Part shown: piece after piece, positions 1 to 11,600 of the stretch
Layout: the number at the start of each line of letters is the position of its first letter
How positions within the stretch are numbered: position 1 is the first letter of the stretch
Assembly: GCA_046483985.1 (NCBI GenBank)
Contig: JAWOCD010000004.1
Location: 1-64,000 of the forward strand
Length of the DNA stretch: 64,000 bases
Source of the DNA: Promethearchaeia archaeon
GTDB taxonomy: Archaea; Asgardarchaeota; Lokiarchaeia; Sigyniarchaeales; SOKP01
Direction: 5' to 3'
Made by a program: the position numbers and the translations under genes
Notes under the pieces: model-generated
What the model was told of the DNA's origin: nothing
What the model saw: the letters and a program-made list of their open reading frames with translations, nothing else
The model's database searches: none

Positions 1-159
1 TTGCTTTTCATGTTTAGAGCTAAAACTATCTCATGAAAACAGAGATCTTTTACCAATAAACATCTTTAAAATGGGCATGATAGTTTGTCCTATCTTTTAG
101 ATCTCGGTGGAACGTATTATATTTTATCAAAGCTCTAAAAAACGGAGGAAGAGCTAAAA

Positions 160-2433
160 ATGGATCATAAAAAATTAGGCTGGTTGCCAATTCCTTTTCT
201 ATTAATATCGTTATTATTTGGTGGTATCGTAGTAGAAGTTTCAAACACTCGAAATACCCCTACTTCTAGCGTTTCCCCCTCCAAAGAGTTGCTTTATTCT
301 TCATCTAGCACCCTTTCTGTCAATGAGAGCCAAAACCCAGTCCAAGTTGGCGATCAAGTCACTATTGCAGCAAAAATTGTCCCTCCCTATGAGGGAGATG
401 TACAAATAGAGATTGACGGAGCAAATCACTCTATGGTACAAATTGATCAATTAATCTGGAGATATAATTGGACTGCATCAAGTCCAGGAGAATTTCCTTA
501 TATTGTGCGCTTTGATGAGGGAGAAAAAAGCGGAACCATTGAAGTACTGGAAAAGGAACCTCCTCAATATTCAAATCTCAAGATTCTTTCCAATCCATTG
601 GAACTGGGTAATAATCTAAATGTTTCCCTCTTAGTCACAGACTCCGACACAGTGAATGAAGTTTTACTTGAATATGAAGGATCTAACCACACATTTGCCA
701 ATCTGGGAGGAGGTTATTATAAAAACGGTGAATGGACTCCCTCCAGTTTGGGAAACTATACATTTACGATTTATATGAAAAAAAATGGTTATACTTGGAA
801 TGTTTATAGTGATCTCTTAGAAGTGGTTCCGGATGCTTCACCGCCCACGTATAAAATTCCGGAGAGTCACAAGGAATCTGTTGTCATAAATGAATCTTTT
901 TCAATAAAATTGGAAGTCTTTGATGCTACTGAGGTAAACCAAGTCCTGATTGAATATGACGGTGCCAACCATTCGATGATTAACAAACCCGATACAAATG
1001 TATGGTATCATGACGATTGGAAACCCGAAACTCCGGGGGATTATCCGTATACTATCTATATGGAAGATGTAAATGGATATTGGAATATGACTACGGGAAC
1101 CCTTACTGTCTTGGAAGCAACTCCCGACACTGCCTCGGGGGGTAATACAGACTTTATATTACCTGTAATAATTATTGCCTGTATTGGAGCGATCTCGGGC
1201 ATTATAGGTGTGAAAAAAATTAGGAAAAAACCAGCCAAACAGAAGGGAAAATTGAAGACCAAGAAAACCATAGGTAAGGTAAACCAACTTGATTCTGGAA
1301 AAAGTAAAGAGGAAGAAGATATTAATAAACATCCCGTTTCGGTGGTCTGTCCGAAATGTAATCGGGATTTCACGGTGAAGATTCCTAAAAATATAATAAA
1401 TGAAGCAAAACAACTTACCACGGTTTCAATCCCGCGTAATTTAGGTTGTGAGCACCATTTCCAAATTTTTATAGACAAAAACTTTACAGTGCGGGGATAT
1501 CAGAAAGTAGATTATGAACCTAGTATATCCCCTCAACATTTAGGAATCGGCGAGGAAAATAAGACTGACACTAAAACAGGGAGATCCCCCGAAAATGAAG
1601 CGCTATTAGAAGTTAAAGAAAAACTGAAAACGGAAGCCAAACATTCGGATCTTATTTCAGACGAAGATAATGCAATTTCCAGAAATTTTGAAAACCCTGA
1701 TGCTATTTATTATGAGATCCGAAAATTTCTCGGAATACCCGATGAAAGTTTTGACCTCTATAAAATAGTCAATCATACCTATGAATCAGACACGGCTAAA
1801 CTTAAGGTTCTGGAAGAAATTTATGTTTTTACCCAAAAGTTCTCGATGTTTAAAGATATTAACCCATTAATGGCTTCCTTGTACTCGTATGTGAGGCAGT
1901 GCATCAACCAAAAACCAGAGGATATGAAAAAAATTGACCAATCTCTGATCAAAACAACGCTCATGGGGTTCATCAGCGAATTCGTTGAATACACCCAAGA
2001 AGAACAGCAAGATAAAGTCTTGGATTTTTTAACCGAGTCGCTTGGCAAACTAAGTTTAGAACCGTTGGTCATAAATTTAGGACTCCTTTTGAAACCGATG
2101 TATGAAGACGAGGAATATCTTAAGGAGTCTACAGCGACAAAGATGGCTGAAGTAGCCTACAGTAAGGATGGAGATAAGGAAACATCAATAAAAGCAGCGA
2201 TCAATAATTGGATTGAAGACCATGAGATCACTCTCAGTTCTCAAGAAAAGATGGAAAGCCAGTTGATGAAGCAGTTTAAAAAACTCGCACGCAAGCATCA
2301 TATTGAAAAGGGAAGTGAGCTTTATAGAACCTTAAAAGTCGACATCAAAGAGATGCTAGCATTAAAATTTACCGTTTCTAGTTTGATGGAGGGAATCTCC
2401 GACGAATCTACGGAGCCAGATCCCCTAAAATAA
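160..2433 (+). CDS. Membrane-anchored protein: N-terminal TM/signal, three Ig-like repeats, TM, cytoplasmic Zn-ribbon and helical domain
   Basis: 757-aa ORF; repeats IEIDGANHSM / LEYEGSNHTF / IEYDGANHSM; second TM FILPVIIIACIGAISGIIGV followed by Lys-rich segment; CPKC...CEHH. Confidence 0.7.
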   Translation: MDHKKLGWLPIPFLLISLLFGGIVVEVSNTRNTPTSSVSPSKELLYSSSSTLSVNESQNPVQVGDQVTIAAKIVPPYEGDVQIEIDGANHSMVQIDQLIWRYNWTASSPGEFPYIVRFDEGEKSGTIEVLEKEPPQYSNLKILSNPLELGNNLNVSLLVTDSDTVNEVLLEYEGSNHTFANLGGGYYKNGEWTPSSLGNYTFTIYMKKNGYTWNVYSDLLEVVPDASPPTYKIPESHKESVVINESFSIKLEVFDATEVNQVLIEYDGANHSMINKPDTNVWYHDDWKPETPGDYPYTIYMEDVNGYWNMTTGTLTVLEATPDTASGGNTDFILPVIIIACIGAISGIIGVKKIRKKPAKQKGKLKTKKTIGKVNQLDSGKSKEEEDINKHPVSVVCPKCNRDFTVKIPKNIINEAKQLTTVSIPRNLGCEHHFQIFIDKNFTVRGYQKVDYEPSISPQHLGIGEENKTDTKTGRSPENEALLEVKEKLKTEAKHSDLISDEDNAISRNFENPDAIYYEIRKFLGIPDESFDLYKIVNHTYESDTAKLKVLEEIYVFTQKFSMFKDINPLMASLYSYVRQCINQKPEDMKKIDQSLIKTTLMGFISEFVEYTQEEQQDKVLDFLTESLGKLSLEPLVINLGLLLKPMYEDEEYLKESTATKMAEVAYSKDGDKETSIKAAINNWIEDHEITLSSQEKMESQLMKQFKKLARKHHIEKGSELYRTLKVDIKEMLALKFTVSSLMEGISDESTEPDPLK

Positions 2434-2469
2434 TAATTTTAATTTTTCTTTTTTTCCAGTTATAATTCA

Positions 2470-2730
2470 ATTTTAGTTAGTGCAAGCCAACTCTCCAAGA
2501 GTTGGCTTTTCGGAGCGAATATTCTTTTGCATTATCTTCTTTTGGTCGAAACCCCGTGTTATTATGGTCGAGATAGTATTACCGTTTGTATCATTTACCC
2601 TATTTCAAGTCCATAAGAACCGATGGAAAGGACAGTAACATTAGTAATCACCCCATTGTTACTAATTTGGAACTTGACGGTGTTATTAATCCAGAAACTG
2701 TTAATCCCAAGATTATCGGAAGTATAGATT
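2470..2730 (-). pseudogene. Frameshifted fragment of a surface-protein (cadherin/Ig-like) repeat
   Basis: Minus strand reads DNLGINSFWINNTVKFQISNNGVITNVTVLSIGSYGLEI, then a 1-nt shift to VNDTNGNTIS. Confidence 0.45.
2484..2508. repeat. Perfect 11-bp inverted repeat (hairpin)
   Basis: AAGCCAACTCT-CCA-AGAGTTGGCTT, downstream of the 160..2433 stop. Confidence 0.6.
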
Positions 2731-2830
2731 TATAAGCTGCAAATAATAAATCATATTTGTATCAATCTTAAATGGGTTTAAGATGAATAAATAATGAGCA
2801 AGAATGTTTAATCAAAAATAAAGTAAATTC

Positions 2831-3075
2831 ATGGATGAGCAAAAGAACGTGGCGTTGATTTATATTGGTGCCGAGATAAATGAGACTGTGAGCGGTATTT
2901 TAACTCATGTGTGGCAACTTGCGAATAATCGGTTAGGAGAGGCGTTCGGTTATAAGTTTAAATTACTGCACTGCCCCGAATGCGGAGGTTCTCTGGATAA
3001 TATGGAAAAAAGCTCAATACAATAAGATGTAAGTATTGTAATACAGAATTTAAAAAATCTGCATTAAGTCAATAA
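2831..3075 (+). pseudogene. Small Zn-ribbon protein frameshifted in an A6 run
   Basis: HCPECGGSL in the ORF 2831..3025; partner knuckle IRCKYC continues in the -1 frame after A6 at 3006-3011. Confidence 0.5.
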
Positions 3076-3093
3076 ATTAATTGAATAAGAATT

Positions 3094-3609
3094 ATGATTG
3101 GATATCTTATCTTTGGTGGGATTATCTTTCTCGGCCTGTTTCTCTTACTTTATTTTGGAATTAAGAAGATAAAGGCCTATCTCAAAAAGAAATATATCCC
3201 CGAAAAGGCGACCTCGTTTAAATGTCTTGACGGGCATGTGGTGCGCTCGAAGGGGGAATTAATTATCGATAACCATCTCCACCGGCTCGGCTTGGAGCAT
3301 GAATATGAGCAAACCATCCGAGTTCGCGGCCGCAAGATCAAATATGACTGGTATCTGCCGAATCATGATATTTATATTGAATATTGGGGATATTATGGGA
3401 AGGATTATATGAAAAGGAAAGAGGAGAAAATTGACCTTTATGAAAAAGGCGGCCATACTCTAATATCGATCGAAAGCGTGATGTTTACGGACATTTATCC
3501 TCAGCTCGAGGAAAAGCTTGAACCATATACGCCCTTGGAAGATAAAACGAGAGAGAAGTTACATTGCCCCAATTGCGGAGAGGAATTAGATAATCGGTTT
3601 CGGAATTAA
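3094..3609 (+). CDS. Membrane-anchored PD-(D/E)XK nuclease-like protein with C-terminal Zn knuckle
   Basis: N-terminal TM; VRSKGELIIDN..L...EYE; YDWYLP..IYIEYWG; CPNCG. Confidence 0.65.
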   Translation: MIGYLIFGGIIFLGLFLLLYFGIKKIKAYLKKKYIPEKATSFKCLDGHVVRSKGELIIDNHLHRLGLEHEYEQTIRVRGRKIKYDWYLPNHDIYIEYWGYYGKDYMKRKEEKIDLYEKGGHTLISIESVMFTDIYPQLEEKLEPYTPLEDKTREKLHCPNCGEELDNRFRN

Positions 3610-3720
3610 TTTCCAATCAGAAAAAATAATTTCTTTAGCCAATTTAAAAGAATTTCTAAGGGCCTTATCTCATGATGTAAAAAATGAAACTGATGAAAAT
3701 AAAATTCAAGGACTAATTTC

Positions 3721-3876
3721 AGAATTAGTACAACAATCTATACAGTTGATGGAATAGGCGAAAAGACAGCTAAAAAGATAATAGAGCATTTTGGAAATTT
3801 AGAAATTGTTTCAAATGTCGGGGAAAAAGCAGCAGAAAAGATATATAACGATGTTGTATATCGATTCTTGGTCTAA
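3721..3876 (+). pseudogene. Helix-hairpin-helix (XPF/ERCC4/UvrC-type) remnant
   Basis: Startless frame TVDGIGEKTAKKIIEHFGNLEIVSNVGEKAAEKIY. Confidence 0.55.
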
Positions 3877-4130
3877 TAGGAACAACGAATCTTGAGGAAT
3901 CGTCTGTAAGATTCGGGGTGTGAGGGAAATACTTTTAATCTCAGTCATTATCTGGGGAATAGCGATATTGCCATAACTCTTATTTGGGCAAGAATTGTCT
4001 TTGGGTTCCGATTTTCTATACAAGTGAAATTTAAATTTGATCTGAGAAAATAATAAATATTTAAATCAATTAATAACAAATATAAGATTACTAAGAATTT
4101 ATACAAAAGAACATTTATAGGGAAAATCAA

Positions 4131-4787
4131 ATGGAGAACTTCAAAAATCAAATTAAAGACTATCTATGGATTATTCCGATAATTGGTGGAGTTTTTTTTA
4201 TAATTTCAACAATAAGCCCAATTGGCTCAATAACAATGTTTATCACAACAAAGATCTACATGACAGGATATTATTCTTCTCCAATGGATACTGGAACTAT
4301 GGAACAACTTATTCCAATCGGTCCAATAACTATGGTTATACTACTTGGAATAGGAAGCTTATTAATCATTACCGGAGTTTTTTTTAAACAGGGAAAAATT
4401 GACCTCGAATTCAATAAAATGCAGTCTTTATGGTTAATACTCGCTATAGGCGGGATGGTCATGATAATTATTTTTATCTCCTTGATAACCACAGAGCTTC
4501 AGCAAGATTTAGGGGGATATGGACAAGTATCTACTTGGGATATAATAGATCCAAGATTTGGAATAATCGGTCCTTTTATAGGGGGCGCTATAGTGGTTGT
4601 TGGATTTATTCTTTCGAAAATGCAAATAATTAATTCTCAAGAACAACTTCAAGGGTCTCAACATCAGAATCTACCCAAACCTCACCAAAAATCTTCATCC
4701 GCTTCAAGTTCTAATATTTGTCCCACATGTAAAAATAGAATAGATTCTAATAGTAAATTCTGCGATCAATGCGGTACCGAAATATAA
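4131..4787 (+). CDS. 4-TM membrane protein with C-terminal zinc ribbon
   Basis: Four hydrophobic helices; CPTC...FCDQCG. Confidence 0.75.
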   Translation: MENFKNQIKDYLWIIPIIGGVFFIISTISPIGSITMFITTKIYMTGYYSSPMDTGTMEQLIPIGPITMVILLGIGSLLIITGVFFKQGKIDLEFNKMQSLWLILAIGGMVMIIIFISLITTELQQDLGGYGQVSTWDIIDPRFGIIGPFIGGAIVVVGFILSKMQIINSQEQLQGSQHQNLPKPHQKSSSASSSNICPTCKNRIDSNSKFCDQCGTEI

Positions 4788-4886
4788 TGAGTAACTATTT
4801 AAGAAATATATCTCCACGAGAGAGACACCCATTATTAACCTTTTCTTTATAATCTTAAGTTTGCTTCTATCTCGTGCAGATATAGT

Positions 4887-4933
4887 TTGAACTCCCACGC
4901 CCTAAAGGACGGTGTTTTCTTTTGCCGTCTATG
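4887..4933 (-). mobile_element. 47-bp IS200/IS605-type single-hairpin miniature element, copy 1
   Basis: Minus strand TTTAT|CATAGACGGCAAAAGAAAACACCGTCCTTTAGGGCGTGGGAGTTCAA|; 2 mismatches to the copy at 44461. Confidence 0.75.
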
Positions 4934-5444
4934 ATAAATTCAATATTTTACTCTTATTCATTATTTCTTTCTGGGACATCGACCTTTTTTTTAACTCATC
5001 CAGAAGATCAACGAACCCATTATCTCAAAAACAGAGATTGAACCATTCTTAGACAAGGCAATAGCTTTCTCACCCGATCCAAAAGAAATAGAGTTTTTAA
5101 ATAATTTAATAAGAAAGAACTTCAATCCCTTTAATTCTGGCGGGATGATAACGTGGATAGTGTGAAATTTTTCATAAACGGAAAGAATCTAAATACTACT
5201 CTTTTAGAAGAGAAAACCTGGAAATTACCCGGAATTTCAATAAAATCATCGACTGATCCCTCTTCACTGACGGTCAAGATTGTCGATGCGGAAGATTTCG
5301 GCACTGATTATGCCGTGCATGGAGACCTTGATACCGTCATGCAAGTCAAATGCGATACCTCATTGATAAAACTGACTGTATCTTAGTTATTTCAAACTTT
5401 TTCTTTTTTTTAAATTAAGAACGGATTACGCTATTTTTTGTAGA

Positions 5445-5770
5445 CTATACTTTTTTTACCATGAAAACCGGTTTGTACGACTCTTTCGCCCGCCGTAGAC
5501 CTTGAACGCCTAAGTCTTGTTCCCTATTGATGTATTTTATCTCACCGCAACAATGTTTCACAAACAATTGATTTATTGCTTGATATGAACCTTGGAATTT
5601 AATGTGTGCTTTTTCAATATGTATGACTGATGTGGTCTCGTTTAATCTTTCCCCAAAGTGTATGCCGCACATTCGTCCTCAATCATAATAAGCCCGCCAT
5701 TGAAGCCAAGTTCCTCGAAATTGTCCAGAGCATGATTGATTGCTTTATTTTCTTCATGTAAGTCCTCGTT
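5445..5770 (-). pseudogene. DUF2156 / aminoacyl-transferase GNAT-like C-terminal remnant
   Basis: INREQDLGVQGLRRAKESYKP; upstream part (ALDNFEELGFNGGLI...AAYT) lies in another frame. Confidence 0.7.
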
Positions 5771-6026
5771 TATCCACCTACATCTATGACGATTTCAGAC
5801 ACCACATCCCCGGATTGACGGTTCCTTCAGAACAATTCTCGCACTAATTTGCATAATATGAAAATTATAGAAATGAATATTAAAAGATCAGTTTTTTAGG
5901 TTATAAACTTATGAACTTCAATTCCATTCTATCAGTTCAATCTGGCATCTCATTTTAATAAATCATAAGCTATAGATTCAAAAACATTGGTTGAATTTGT
6001 CATCATAAACTTAAGAGGTAATTCAA

Positions 6027-6593
6027 ATGGGAAAGAAAAAAATTCAAAATAGTGCATATTTATATCCTCTGCCAATGGTTCTTGTAGGTGCAACCGTGGA
6101 AGAAAAGCCCAATTTTATGCCAATAGCATGGGTCAGTGTGGCTGAATATAAACCGCCGATGATCTCAATTTCTGCAGCTCAGAATCATTATACAAATAAG
6201 GGAATCAGAACACATCAAACCTTTAGTATAAACATTCCTTCGGTTAAGATAGTGGAGAAAATGGATTATTGCGGGATGCAATCTGGAGAGAAAATAGATA
6301 AGTCTGGGATATTTGAGGTATTCTACGGAGACCTGGAAAATGCTCCCATGATTGAAAGTGCGCCGTTAAATATGGAATGCAAAGTAAAAAAGACAATAGA
6401 AACAGGTCATGGGCATGAAATTTTTCTCGGAGAAGTTATCAATTCATATGCCAATGAAGAAATAATCCGTGATGGCATTCCGAACGTTAAAAAACTCCAG
6501 CCACTCATGTATATTACGAAAGATAAGGAGTATTGGACACTGGGAGAAAAATTTGGGAAAGCATGGAACATTGGAAGAAACTATAAAGAATAA
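6027..6593 (+). CDS. Flavin reductase family protein (flavoredoxin-like)
   Basis: YPLPMVLVGA, PNFMPIAW, HYTNKGI, FSINIP, APMIE..PLNMEC, HEIFLGEV. Confidence 0.9.
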   Translation: MGKKKIQNSAYLYPLPMVLVGATVEEKPNFMPIAWVSVAEYKPPMISISAAQNHYTNKGIRTHQTFSINIPSVKIVEKMDYCGMQSGEKIDKSGIFEVFYGDLENAPMIESAPLNMECKVKKTIETGHGHEIFLGEVINSYANEEIIRDGIPNVKKLQPLMYITKDKEYWTLGEKFGKAWNIGRNYKE

Positions 6594-6635
6594 TTATCTA
6601 ATTTTAACTAAAATAAAAAGGTGAAATTTCGATGG

Positions 6636-6929
6636 TACATAAAGAAGATACAAGGTAAATATACATAAAGAAGATACCAAGGTAATTATTTTTATCTCCT
6701 TGATAACCACAGAGCTTCAGTAAGATTTAGGGGGATGTGGACAAGTATCTACTTGGGATATAATAAATAAGGTTTCCATTTAGAAAAAGTTCTACAAGAG
6801 ATGTGAGTTGTCCTATGGACTCCGGTAAGCTCGAAAGCCAATTGTTTTCTATACTAAAGAATTTAAGAACTTTTTAATCTATAGCCAATTGTTTTCTATA
6901 CTAAAGAATTTAAGAACTTTTTAATCTAT
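6636..6929. repeat. Cluster of duplications: ~25-bp tandem pair, 83-bp ectopic copy of 4465-4547, 47-bp tandem pair
   Basis: TACATAAAGAAGATAC(C)AAGGTAA x2 (6636, 6662); 6683-6765 = 4465-4547 with 2 mismatches; 6836-6882 = 6883-6929. Confidence 0.85.
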
Positions 6930-8594
6930 ATTAATATTAACCCTGTTGAATGAATTTAATTCTTTAACTTTTTTCCGAAGCACAATCAAGGTGACAAAAA
7001 TCCCAATAACCCCAATAAGAAGAGTTGTAATATTGAGTGCATTGATAAAAATTCGTTCCCCCGAAGTATCTATCACAATTTTCTCACGGTTATTACAAGA
7101 TCTCGGGGTTATATTGATATTCTCATAGACTACATCGGCATGCCTTATATAGATGCCATAGGCGGGTACATCACCGAACATCCAGACTTCTGGACCTGCA
7201 TCTGGAGCCTCAAGAACAGTGGAGGGAAATAAAAGCCGTTCTGCAGAGTCAAGATATTCCACAGTGAAATTATTAAGGGATATATTAGTAGCTTTAAGTA
7301 CAGAATAGTCCCAACTGTTCCATTTCCACAATTGGGCGCCGCTGATGATGCTCGGCAGCTGGCAATCATAGGAAAAAAGATTTGAGACATTTACATTATC
7401 AATCTGGCTCATGAGGTCCTTATCATCATATTTATTGCGGTTTCCGACACGAATAAATAGCGGTGCCAGCACCCCGTCCATGGAGATATTATTCACCTTA
7501 ATATCCCGTACTTCACTTCCATCTACGGATTCAATTGCTATCCCAGAAATCCCCCCAGGATAAAACTCTGTCGTAATGATCTCGCTATCAACAAAAGTTA
7601 TATTGGTAATGTCTGAATAAGTCTCCGTACCTATCTTAAAGCTGTTACATGTTGATCTTATACGGGCATTTCGGACGGTTATATTAGCCATAGGAACCGA
7701 GGAGTCTAATTTGGGATTCTTAAGCGCGATTCCATCATCCGCCGTTGAAATGAGTACATTATTTATATTCACATTACTAGTTGCAACAATGTCTATCCCG
7801 TCTACATTTCCACCTCTGATATTATTATGTAAAACCGTGTCTTTAACGGAAATTGTATTGGATAATTCAAAAGTCAAGGTCCAGCCGGGAGAATTATTAA
7901 CCAGCAAATTTCTGATACGAATATTCTGACTCTCCTTGAATAAAATAAATGGAGACGGTCTGTTTTCTTTTTTTTCTCGTTTTGCGAGGAAATGGTTTAA
8001 TTGCAGCATCCTGACATCGGAAACTCTAAGGTTAGATTTTAGTGGTTTTAATATCGGGTTATTCCAGAAGTATTCTCCTTCGCCCATTATCTTGCCGCCG
8101 TTGCCCTCAACAGTTACATTACGAATATTTTCGCCAATAATAAAATGCTTGGGGGAATAATCGGCCCTACTTCGACTCCCAATGAGATTTCCTTCTATTC
8201 TTAATGTGACATTGCTCTTTAGCTCGATGGTACCAGAGACATAATTCCCTGCTGGGATGAGCGCCACTCCATCATTAAGGCTTGCATTCTTTATTGCAGC
8301 GTTGATGGCTTCGGTATTCTTTTGAATGATATCTTCATTTATCTCATCTTTATCGTAATATGCATCTATTGCGCCATAATCTGTAATATTGAAAATTGAT
8401 CCTGACTCAAAATCTCCGTAAGGATTATCTGTTAGGTACCTTGTGGTATTTATCTCCTCGAAATCGCTCTCAAACAAAGGAATAGGTTCCTTTTCATAGA
8501 ATTTTATGAATCTATCATTTAACAGATACGTGAATGGCACTGTAATAATAATAAGTATAAAAAATATGAGACAATATTGAAAAGTCCTTTTCAT
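6921..8594 (-). CDS. Glycoside hydrolase family 28 (polygalacturonase-like), TM at both ends
   Basis: NVDGID, ADDGIALK, KIGTE motifs; beta-helix Asn/Ile periodicity. Confidence 0.85.
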   Translation of the reverse strand: MKRTFQYCLIFFILIIITVPFTYLLNDRFIKFYEKEPIPLFESDFEEINTTRYLTDNPYGDFESGSIFNITDYGAIDAYYDKDEINEDIIQKNTEAINAAIKNASLNDGVALIPAGNYVSGTIELKSNVTLRIEGNLIGSRSRADYSPKHFIIGENIRNVTVEGNGGKIMGEGEYFWNNPILKPLKSNLRVSDVRMLQLNHFLAKREKKENRPSPFILFKESQNIRIRNLLVNNSPGWTLTFELSNTISVKDTVLHNNIRGGNVDGIDIVATSNVNINNVLISTADDGIALKNPKLDSSVPMANITVRNARIRSTCNSFKIGTETYSDITNITFVDSEIITTEFYPGGISGIAIESVDGSEVRDIKVNNISMDGVLAPLFIRVGNRNKYDDKDLMSQIDNVNVSNLFSYDCQLPSIISGAQLWKWNSWDYSVLKATNISLNNFTVEYLDSAERLLFPSTVLEAPDAGPEVWMFGDVPAYGIYIRHADVVYENINITPRSCNNREKIVIDTSGERIFINALNITTLLIGVIGIFVTLIVLRKKVKELNSFNRVNINID

Positions 8595-8684
8595 TATTTT
8601 GCTTGACCCATCCTTTAAGTATTATATAAGTTCTTTTAGAATCCTCTGTTACTTTTTAGTTCAGCTTGAGTTATGTATCTTGAG

Positions 8685-11600
8685 TTATGTATAGCAAGTT
8701 CTATTTATAATGATTTTTTTCATCTCATCCGAGAGTTCGTTGAAGTATGCGCAATATCCCGCAATACGTACCAATAGGTTCGGGTATTTTTCGGGATTTT
8801 CATAGGCATCCTCTAATATTTGACGGTTTACGATGTTAGGCTGCAGTTGCATCCCCCCGTTTGTAAGAAATGTCTTAAAGATCGTTGCCAGATTTTCTGT
8901 GCCCTTGTTGTCTTGAAATAATGCGGAATCAACTGTGAGCGTAACAGTTGTCCCGTTCTCAGCATGTTCAGTGAAGTCTACATCAGAAATAGAATTTAGT
9001 GTCGATAACAGATCAGACTGCTCCATTCCGTAGTGAGGAGTAATGCTATTGGCTAAAGGAACACCTTTTAATCTTCCTGAAGGTAAGGCGGGAGTCCTTT
9101 TACCATACGCTGTATTCACAGCTAAGGCATAATAGCCAGCGGAATATCTGCCATTACGGGGACAATTCGGCACCGAATCCAAGGCATTATTGTACATCTC
9201 CATTACTTTATTCATCCACGCTGTAGCCTCTTTTGATGAATCTTCGCCAAATTTCGGTACAGAAAGTAACGCAGATCTGACTTTCTCATATTTTCCTTGG
9301 AAATTGTGCTCTATTGCCTTAATTATCTCATCCATAGTAAAGAGATGTTTCTTGTATACTACCTCATTAATAGCGTGGAACGAATCCGCGACATCAGTGA
9401 CCCCGACTGCCTGAATACCGCAGCTGTTGAACTCAGCACCGCCTTCATAAACGTCCTTTCCGGTTTCGAGACAGTTCTCAAAAAGCGTAGAGGCAAGGGG
9501 TGTCGGAAAATATTTTCGAAGTTTACTTTCAATTTTTTGGTGCTCGGTGAGAATGGATTTTGTCACCTCGTTTAACCTCTCTTGATATCGCTCAAGCAGT
9601 TCTTCCATGCTGGAAGGTGGATTATACTTATAAAGTCCTTTTTTGTAATTATGCCGTTTAATAAGTTTATTACAAATCCTTCTTATAAACCTTGATATTC
9701 GATTTTTTCCTTTAAAGAGAAATTTCATGAAATTAGTGACTAATATTAAAAAATGTTCACTGAGGCCAGGGTTCCACAAATCATGCTCTTGACCCTCGAG
9801 TGCTTGTAAAAGCGGAAATGCTAAATTTACATTTGCGCAATCAGTATTGCCAAAATGGTCATTTGAGGCAGTGGGTTCAACACAACCTACAATAGAATAA
9901 TCTCTTGCGTTTTCCAGTGAGGTGGGATAATGTTTTTGGAGAGCTTCAATATAATTTTCATCGCTGAACAATTGCGGTAAGGGACATCCGCTGATAAAGA
10001 TATCCGCAATCTTATTCAGATATTCAGGCGGGCTATTCTCATGGATACGCGCTCCCATATCGATCGAATACGATTGTAATTTACATGCATCCAAAAACAT
10101 ATAAGTTAGTTCGTTAGTGGCGTCATTCCCTTCTTTATCTACGCCTCCAAATGTCAAAGCTTGATCTGAAGAGCTGGTTTCCACTGTCTTATACGCTGAA
10201 ACAAACGAGTTATCGCCGTCTGTGGTAAGAACGAGCTCATCCATTTTAAGTACAAATAGCGCAATAAGTTCTTTTGCCTCTTCGTAGGTGATTCTTCCCT
10301 CTTCTTTATCCTTTTTGTAATAGGGATACAGCATCTGATCGAGTCGTCCAAAGGATATAGCGTTTTCATATGATTCCATACAAAGTGCTATATGGATGAA
10401 AGTAATACATTGAAGGGCTTCATGAAACGTTCGGGCGGGATATTTGGGGACATGGTCGCAAATCTTGGCCATTTTTTCCAGTTCCTTACGACGTTCTGGA
10501 TCCCTTTCTTTTTTACTTAATTTCGATAAGAGGTTCGCATATCTCTGACCAAACGTCTCTAATCCCTTGAGCGCAACTATAGTGGCCTCATAGAAATTTT
10601 GCTTTTTCTTATCCTCAGAATGTTCTTGCTGCAGTGATTTAATTTTCTCTCTGAGGCCAGACGTACCTAATTTAAGAATGGGATCGTAGTTGGCAACGAA
10701 ATGTGCAATTGCCAAAAGATTATTATTTAACCCGTACTTCATATCAGATGTTCGGGAAATTGCAGCAATGATACCTGAAATTTTAGGATAAACTTTTGCC
10801 ATAAGACTACGAAAAGCCCACCAAGGAAATATCTTTAAATAACAATATAACTTATCTTTCAAGGAAATTTGATACGGCATCGGAGTTTGACGATCGATGG
10901 CATAAAGAAATGAAAACCCAAGCGTACCGTGATATTCCTCCCAGAGTTGGCTTCCCTTTCTTTCCGGAGTAAAATTACCCACAAGTAATTCTTGCGGATA
11001 TATATCGATCTTTTTATTTTCTAACACATGGGAAAGGCGTTCAGCTCTATGAATATAAGGAGACTTTTCAAAACCGTGTTCCTTATAATACTCTGTTTTT
11101 AGTCTTCCGCTCTCAATGCAAAGATGCCTTGGTGCATCTCTAACGTCTTTTTGAATTCGCTTGACACGCGGTGTAAAGGAGGGCTCATATCTTGAATCCA
11201 TATTCAGATCAACGCTGTCGGCTTGAATCCCATAATCCCGGAATAATTTTGCTCCCTTTTCTAATGAAGCTTGGCTTTGTTCGGGCGAAATGCCTAACAA
11301 GGCAATATCCAAACCAAGACGTTCGGCTTTATCCTCGTACATATTATGGTATTTCATTAATTCAATTGAATCATAATCGATAGAGTGAAGAAACTCCGCG
11401 GTGGCTTGTATGTTTTCTTCGATGTCAGTATAACCCGGCACCATCACCATACGGAATTTAACATTGGCCCCTAACTCAAGTAATTTACTGATATTCTCGT
11501 GAATTACGGTGTAATCTTGTTTTGTATATTTAATATGAAGGCCTTCATTGCCGACCACCTTGAGATCAACGAGAAAAAGATCGATATAGGGGGCGGCTTT

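Noticed and set aside
3001-3015. Programmed -1 frameshift in the Zn-ribbon ORF
   Set aside because: Only an A6 run with no stimulatory structure, in a pseudogene-rich patch; mutation or sequencing indel is more likely.
6683-6765. DGR template/variable repeat pair with 4465-4547
   Set aside because: Only two mismatches, not adenine-specific on one strand, mid-gene position, and no reverse transcriptase in the window.
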